Assembly: GCA_965204745.1 (NCBI GenBank)
Contig: OZ242010.1
Location: 4,576,001 to 4,640,000 of the forward strand
Source: Candidatus Latescibacterota bacterium
Lineage (GTDB): Bacteria > Latescibacterota > UBA2968
Length of the DNA stretch: 64,000 bases
Direction of reading: 5' to 3'
This document shows, piece after piece, positions 60,547 through 64,000 of this stretch. A program made the position numbers and the translations under genes. The notes under the pieces are model-generated. The model was not told where the DNA came from. It made no database searches and saw nothing but the letters and a program-made list of their open reading frames with translations. Numbering within the stretch: position 1 is the first letter of the stretch; each line of letters begins with the position of its first letter.

Positions 60547-61491
60547 ATGATTCGGGTCGAGAATTTGGAGAAATACTACGGCGATTTTCACGCGCTGAAG
60601 GGCATCAATTTTGAGGTTGATGACGGAGAAATCGTCGGGTTTTTGGGTGCGAATGGCGCGGGCAAATCCACGACATTGAAAATCATGACGGGATTTTTGT
60701 CCCCCAGTGCGGGCAATGTCTTTATGGATGACCTGAATATCCAAGCGCATTCGCTGGCGATTCGCCAACAAATCGGCTATTTGCCGGAAATGAATCCCCT
60801 GTACGGGGAAATGCGGGTGCATGATTATCTCGAATTTACAGCTCAAATTCGCGGCATGACGCCCGAAGCGTTCAAAGCGGCGTTGGATCGCGTGGTCGAT
60901 CAGTGCGATTTGCGCGAGGTGATTCACCTGCCCATTGCCGCGTGTTCAAAGGGGTACAAACAGCGCGTTGGGTTGTCCGCTGCGATTTTGCACGATCCCA
61001 GGGTGTTGATTTTCGACGAGCCGGTCTCGGGGTTGGATCCCAATCAGATCGTGGAGATTCGCAACTTGATTCGGGAGTTGGGGCAACACAAGATGCTGAT
61101 TATCTCCAGCCATATCTTGCAGGAGATCGAAGCCACTGTGGATCGCATCGTCATTATTGACCGCGGCGAGATCGTCGCCAATGGCACGAGTCAGGAGTTG
61201 ATGGCGGCCTTTATGGGGCGCACGCAACTCACCCTCGACGTGAAGTACGCGGACGAGGAGAGCATTGCCGGGCTCGCCCACGGGGTTGCCGACATCGTCG
61301 TTGCAGACGCGCAAGCCGCGAATGGTCGCAGTGTGTTGTCAGTCGAATACGGCCGCGAGGTGGATCCGCGCGAGGCGATTTTTGAGTACGCCAAAAACAG
61401 CGGGTGGGCCATTTTGGAAATGACGCAACGCCAGGTGCATTTGGAAGATGTGTTCCGCGGCTTAACCGGGGAAGGAGGGGGCGATGAATAA
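60547..61491 (+). CDS. ABC transporter ATP-binding protein (GldA-like)
   Basis: GANGAGKST, SKGYKQRVGL, FDEPVSGLDPNQ, SSHILQE; SD AGGAGG. Confidence 0.9.
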   Translation: MIRVENLEKYYGDFHALKGINFEVDDGEIVGFLGANGAGKSTTLKIMTGFLSPSAGNVFMDDLNIQAHSLAIRQQIGYLPEMNPLYGEMRVHDYLEFTAQIRGMTPEAFKAALDRVVDQCDLREVIHLPIAACSKGYKQRVGLSAAILHDPRVLIFDEPVSGLDPNQIVEIRNLIRELGQHKMLIISSHILQEIEATVDRIVIIDRGEIVANGTSQELMAAFMGRTQLTLDVKYADEESIAGLAHGVADIVVADAQAANGRSVLSVEYGREVDPREAIFEYAKNSGWAILEMTQRQVHLEDVFRGLTGEGGGDE

Positions 61492-62197
61492 TGTGATGGC
61501 GATTTATCGCAAGGAGGTCGGCGCGTATTTCAGAAGCCCGATGGCCTATATCTTTCTGGTGTTTTTCGCGCTGTTCAACGGCTATTTCTTTAGCAACACG
61601 TTCTTTTTGTTTGCCCAGTCCGATATGCGCGCGCTGTTTAATATCACGCCGATGATTTTGCTGATTTTTGTGCCCGCGGTGACCATGGGGTTGATCGCGC
61701 GCGAAAAGAGTTCGGGTACCTACGAGTTGATGACCACGTTGCCGATCAAAAATGCCGAATTCGTGATGGGCAAGTACTTGTCGGCCCTTACGCTGGTGCT
61801 GGCCGGGTTGGGCTTTACGCTGGTGCATTTTTTGACCTTGTTGCTCGTGGGTAGCCATATCGACTACGGCGGGGTGCTCTGCGGGTATTTGGGACTCGCA
61901 TTGGTGGGCGCGTTTTACGCGGCGATTGGCACGTTCACGAGCAGTTTGACCGATAATCAAGTGGTGGCGTTCATCCTCGCGGCCGTGGTCGTGCTGGTGT
62001 TTTATCTGTTCGACAAGTTGCTGATTTTTGTGCCGGGCGCCCTGGCGGGGGTGGTTCAATTTATGGCTGTGGATTACCACTTGTCCAACATGTCGCGCGG
62101 GGTTGTGGACTCGCGCAATCTCGTGTATTTCGGGTCCTTGATCTGGTTGTTTTTGTCGCTTACTGTGCGCGTTTGCGAAAGTGGAGGTGATGAATAA
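61484..62197 (+). CDS. ABC transporter permease (GldF-like)
   Basis: KEVGAYFRSPMAY, PAVTM..IAREK.SGT.EL..TLP, SSLTDNQVVAF, RGVVDSR. Confidence 0.88.
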   Translation: MNNVMAIYRKEVGAYFRSPMAYIFLVFFALFNGYFFSNTFFLFAQSDMRALFNITPMILLIFVPAVTMGLIAREKSSGTYELMTTLPIKNAEFVMGKYLSALTLVLAGLGFTLVHFLTLLLVGSHIDYGGVLCGYLGLALVGAFYAAIGTFTSSLTDNQVVAFILAAVVVLVFYLFDKLLIFVPGALAGVVQFMAVDYHLSNMSRGVVDSRNLVYFGSLIWLFLSLTVRVCESGGDE

Positions 62198-63697
62198 ATG
62201 GCATCCAAAAAGAATTTTGCGTTGTTCATCGCGGTTGCCTTCGCGCTCGTGGTGATCGGCAACATGGTTTCCCGCGGTTTTTTCTTTCGCCTCGATTTGA
62301 CGGAAAATCGGATTTATTCCCTGTCGTCTTCGAGCCAAGCGATGCTCGTCAAGGTGGAGGATCTCTTGACCGCCAAGGTGTATTTTTCCGAAAATTTGCC
62401 CGGGCAATACGGCAATACGCGGCGGTATTTGCAGGATATTTTGGAGGAATACGCCGCGTATTCAGATGGCAATTTCCGGTTTGAGTTTTACATGCCAGAC
62501 GACGATGAAACCCTGGCCCTCGACGCGCAAAAATCCGGCATTCAACCCGTGCAGTTGCAGGTGCTCGAAAACGACAAGTTCGAAGTCAAGCGCGTCTATA
62601 TGGGCATGGTGCTGCTCTACGGCGACGAGCGGGAGGTGTTGCCGGTCATTCAGACGACCACGGGTTTGGAATACGAGATCACGACCCGCATCAAGAAACT
62701 GGTGGATGAAAACCGCGCGGTGGTCGGGATAGCAACCGTGGGGACTGACGCGCCTGCGATGGATCGGATCAGCGCGAAGTTGCGCGAAGCCTACGACGTG
62801 CGCTCGGTCTATCTCAGCGCGGGCGTGCCCAGCGATATCGAGATGCTGCTCGTCAATGGCGTATCCGATTCCCTGTCTGAAGACGCGCTCGGCGCGTTGA
62901 AGGGCTATATCAACCGGGGGGGCAATCTGTTTTTGGCGCAAAGCAAGATCGATGGGGACCTTCAGGCGCAACAAGGGACGCCGATCCAGTCGAATATCTT
63001 TGAGGCGCTCGAACCCTTTGGCGTGAGCTTGGCCGACAATTTGGTGATGGACCGGATTTGTGGCACGATCACCGTGTCGCAACAGCGCGGGTTTTTGCGG
63101 TTTAATTCGGCTGTGGAATATCCCTTCTTTCCCGTGCTACAAACATTCCCGGACCACGAGATCGTCTCGGGCTTAGAGCAGGTGCAGATGCTGTTTTCCA
63201 GCGAGATCATCTACGACAGTGCCGATTCCACGCGCCTGGTCGCGCCCTTGTTGGTCACGTCTGATCATTCGAGCGCGGCGGCCGGGTTTATCAATCTCAA
63301 CCCGATTCAGAATCAGGCGTTTCAATCCCTCAACGAACCGGGCAAGGTGGTGGGCGTGTACGCCACGGCTACCTCAGACAGCTTGGAAAACGCGATGAGC
63401 CAACTGGTGCTGGTTTCCACCTCCGATTTTCTGCTCGACAATGGGGGCGGGCAAGTGCCGTCCAATGGGATTTTTGCGATGAATGCCGTGGATGTGCTCA
63501 TCGGCGACCGGGATTTGGTGGCGTTGCGGTCGCGCGAGATTACGACTCGGCCATTGCAAACCGTGGACGATGCGACCCGAACCACCTTGAAGACGATCAA
63601 TATCGTGCTGCCCGCGTTGCTGGTGATGGGCTATGGCCTGTTCCAGTGGTGGCGCGAGGCCGCACGGGCAAAGCGATTGGAGGGGCTTTATGAGTAA
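62198..63697 (+). CDS. GldG-like ABC auxiliary protein
   Basis: RLDLTENRIYSLS, LEYEIT..I, N-terminal and C-terminal TM, LVALRSR. Confidence 0.85.
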   Translation: MASKKNFALFIAVAFALVVIGNMVSRGFFFRLDLTENRIYSLSSSSQAMLVKVEDLLTAKVYFSENLPGQYGNTRRYLQDILEEYAAYSDGNFRFEFYMPDDDETLALDAQKSGIQPVQLQVLENDKFEVKRVYMGMVLLYGDEREVLPVIQTTTGLEYEITTRIKKLVDENRAVVGIATVGTDAPAMDRISAKLREAYDVRSVYLSAGVPSDIEMLLVNGVSDSLSEDALGALKGYINRGGNLFLAQSKIDGDLQAQQGTPIQSNIFEALEPFGVSLADNLVMDRICGTITVSQQRGFLRFNSAVEYPFFPVLQTFPDHEIVSGLEQVQMLFSSEIIYDSADSTRLVAPLLVTSDHSSAAAGFINLNPIQNQAFQSLNEPGKVVGVYATATSDSLENAMSQLVLVSTSDFLLDNGGGQVPSNGIFAMNAVDVLIGDRDLVALRSREITTRPLQTVDDATRTTLKTINIVLPALLVMGYGLFQWWREAARAKRLEGLYE

Positions 63698-64000
63698 TCT
63701 GAAATGGCTGCTCATCGGCATTGTGGTGCTGCTGGGGATTTACGCGCTGTTGCAGGTGCGCGAAAGCGGGTACGCAACGCCAAAGGGCGCGGTGTTTCCC
63801 GAGCAGACAGATGGGATTTACGCGGTTGAAATGATCGCGGCGGGCGATAGTTTGACCCTTAAGAAAAAGGATCTCGCGTGGACCATTGTGGGGCACGATA
63901 CCCTGAAGGTGCGCGACCACAGGTTGACGGCCCTGTTCGATCAGGTGCTGAAGGTGAGCCGCGAGACCCCGATGACGCAAAAGGCGGACAACTGGGCCAA
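63690..64000 (+). CDS. DUF4340-like protein, truncated by the window end
   Basis: MSNLKWLLIGIVVLLGIYALL TM anchor; open to the edge; usual position after gldG-like genes. Confidence 0.6.
   Translation, partial: MSNLKWLLIGIVVLLGIYALLQVRESGYATPKGAVFPEQTDGIYAVEMIAAGDSLTLKKKDLAWTIVGHDTLKVRDHRLTALFDQVLKVSRETPMTQKADNWA

Noticed and set aside
60547-63697. Gliding motility function for the Gld-like ABC genes
   Set aside because: This ABC module is widespread outside gliding bacteria and no other gld/spr genes are visible.

Overview
A 64-kb stretch of a GC-rich bacterial chromosome. The gene style (heparinase II/III-like protein, giant GLUG/Ig-repeat surface proteins with EF-hand/dockerin-like tails, sugar oxidoreductases, opine dehydrogenase) resembles sponge-associated Latescibacterota/Gemmatimonadota-type MAGs; this is inference only. 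Housekeeping and metabolic genes (rsgA, topA, lolC/E, sppA, M32 peptidase, glycosyltransferases, ABC transporters) are interleaved with repeat-rich intergenic DNA. Highlights: (1) two copies of an IS110/IS621-like element whose bridge-RNA guides can be read directly from the sequence and target the genome's own heptamer repeat (CCCCT-CT-TRCCT); (2) two convergent paralogous giant surface-protein genes with homologous promoters and leaders, a G22 tract splitting the leader of one, an orphan C-terminal cassette, and bracketing inverted repeats, suggesting a phase-variation/domain-swapping system; (3) a polarity rule for heptamer arrays (purine-rich after stop codons, complementary arrays before start codons); (4) a Zorya type II locus with an internally duplicated ZorA tail; (5) an Rpn nuclease with an internal Shine-Dalgarno start. 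No rRNA, tRNA or CRISPR array was seen. All calls were made by eye without database searches.
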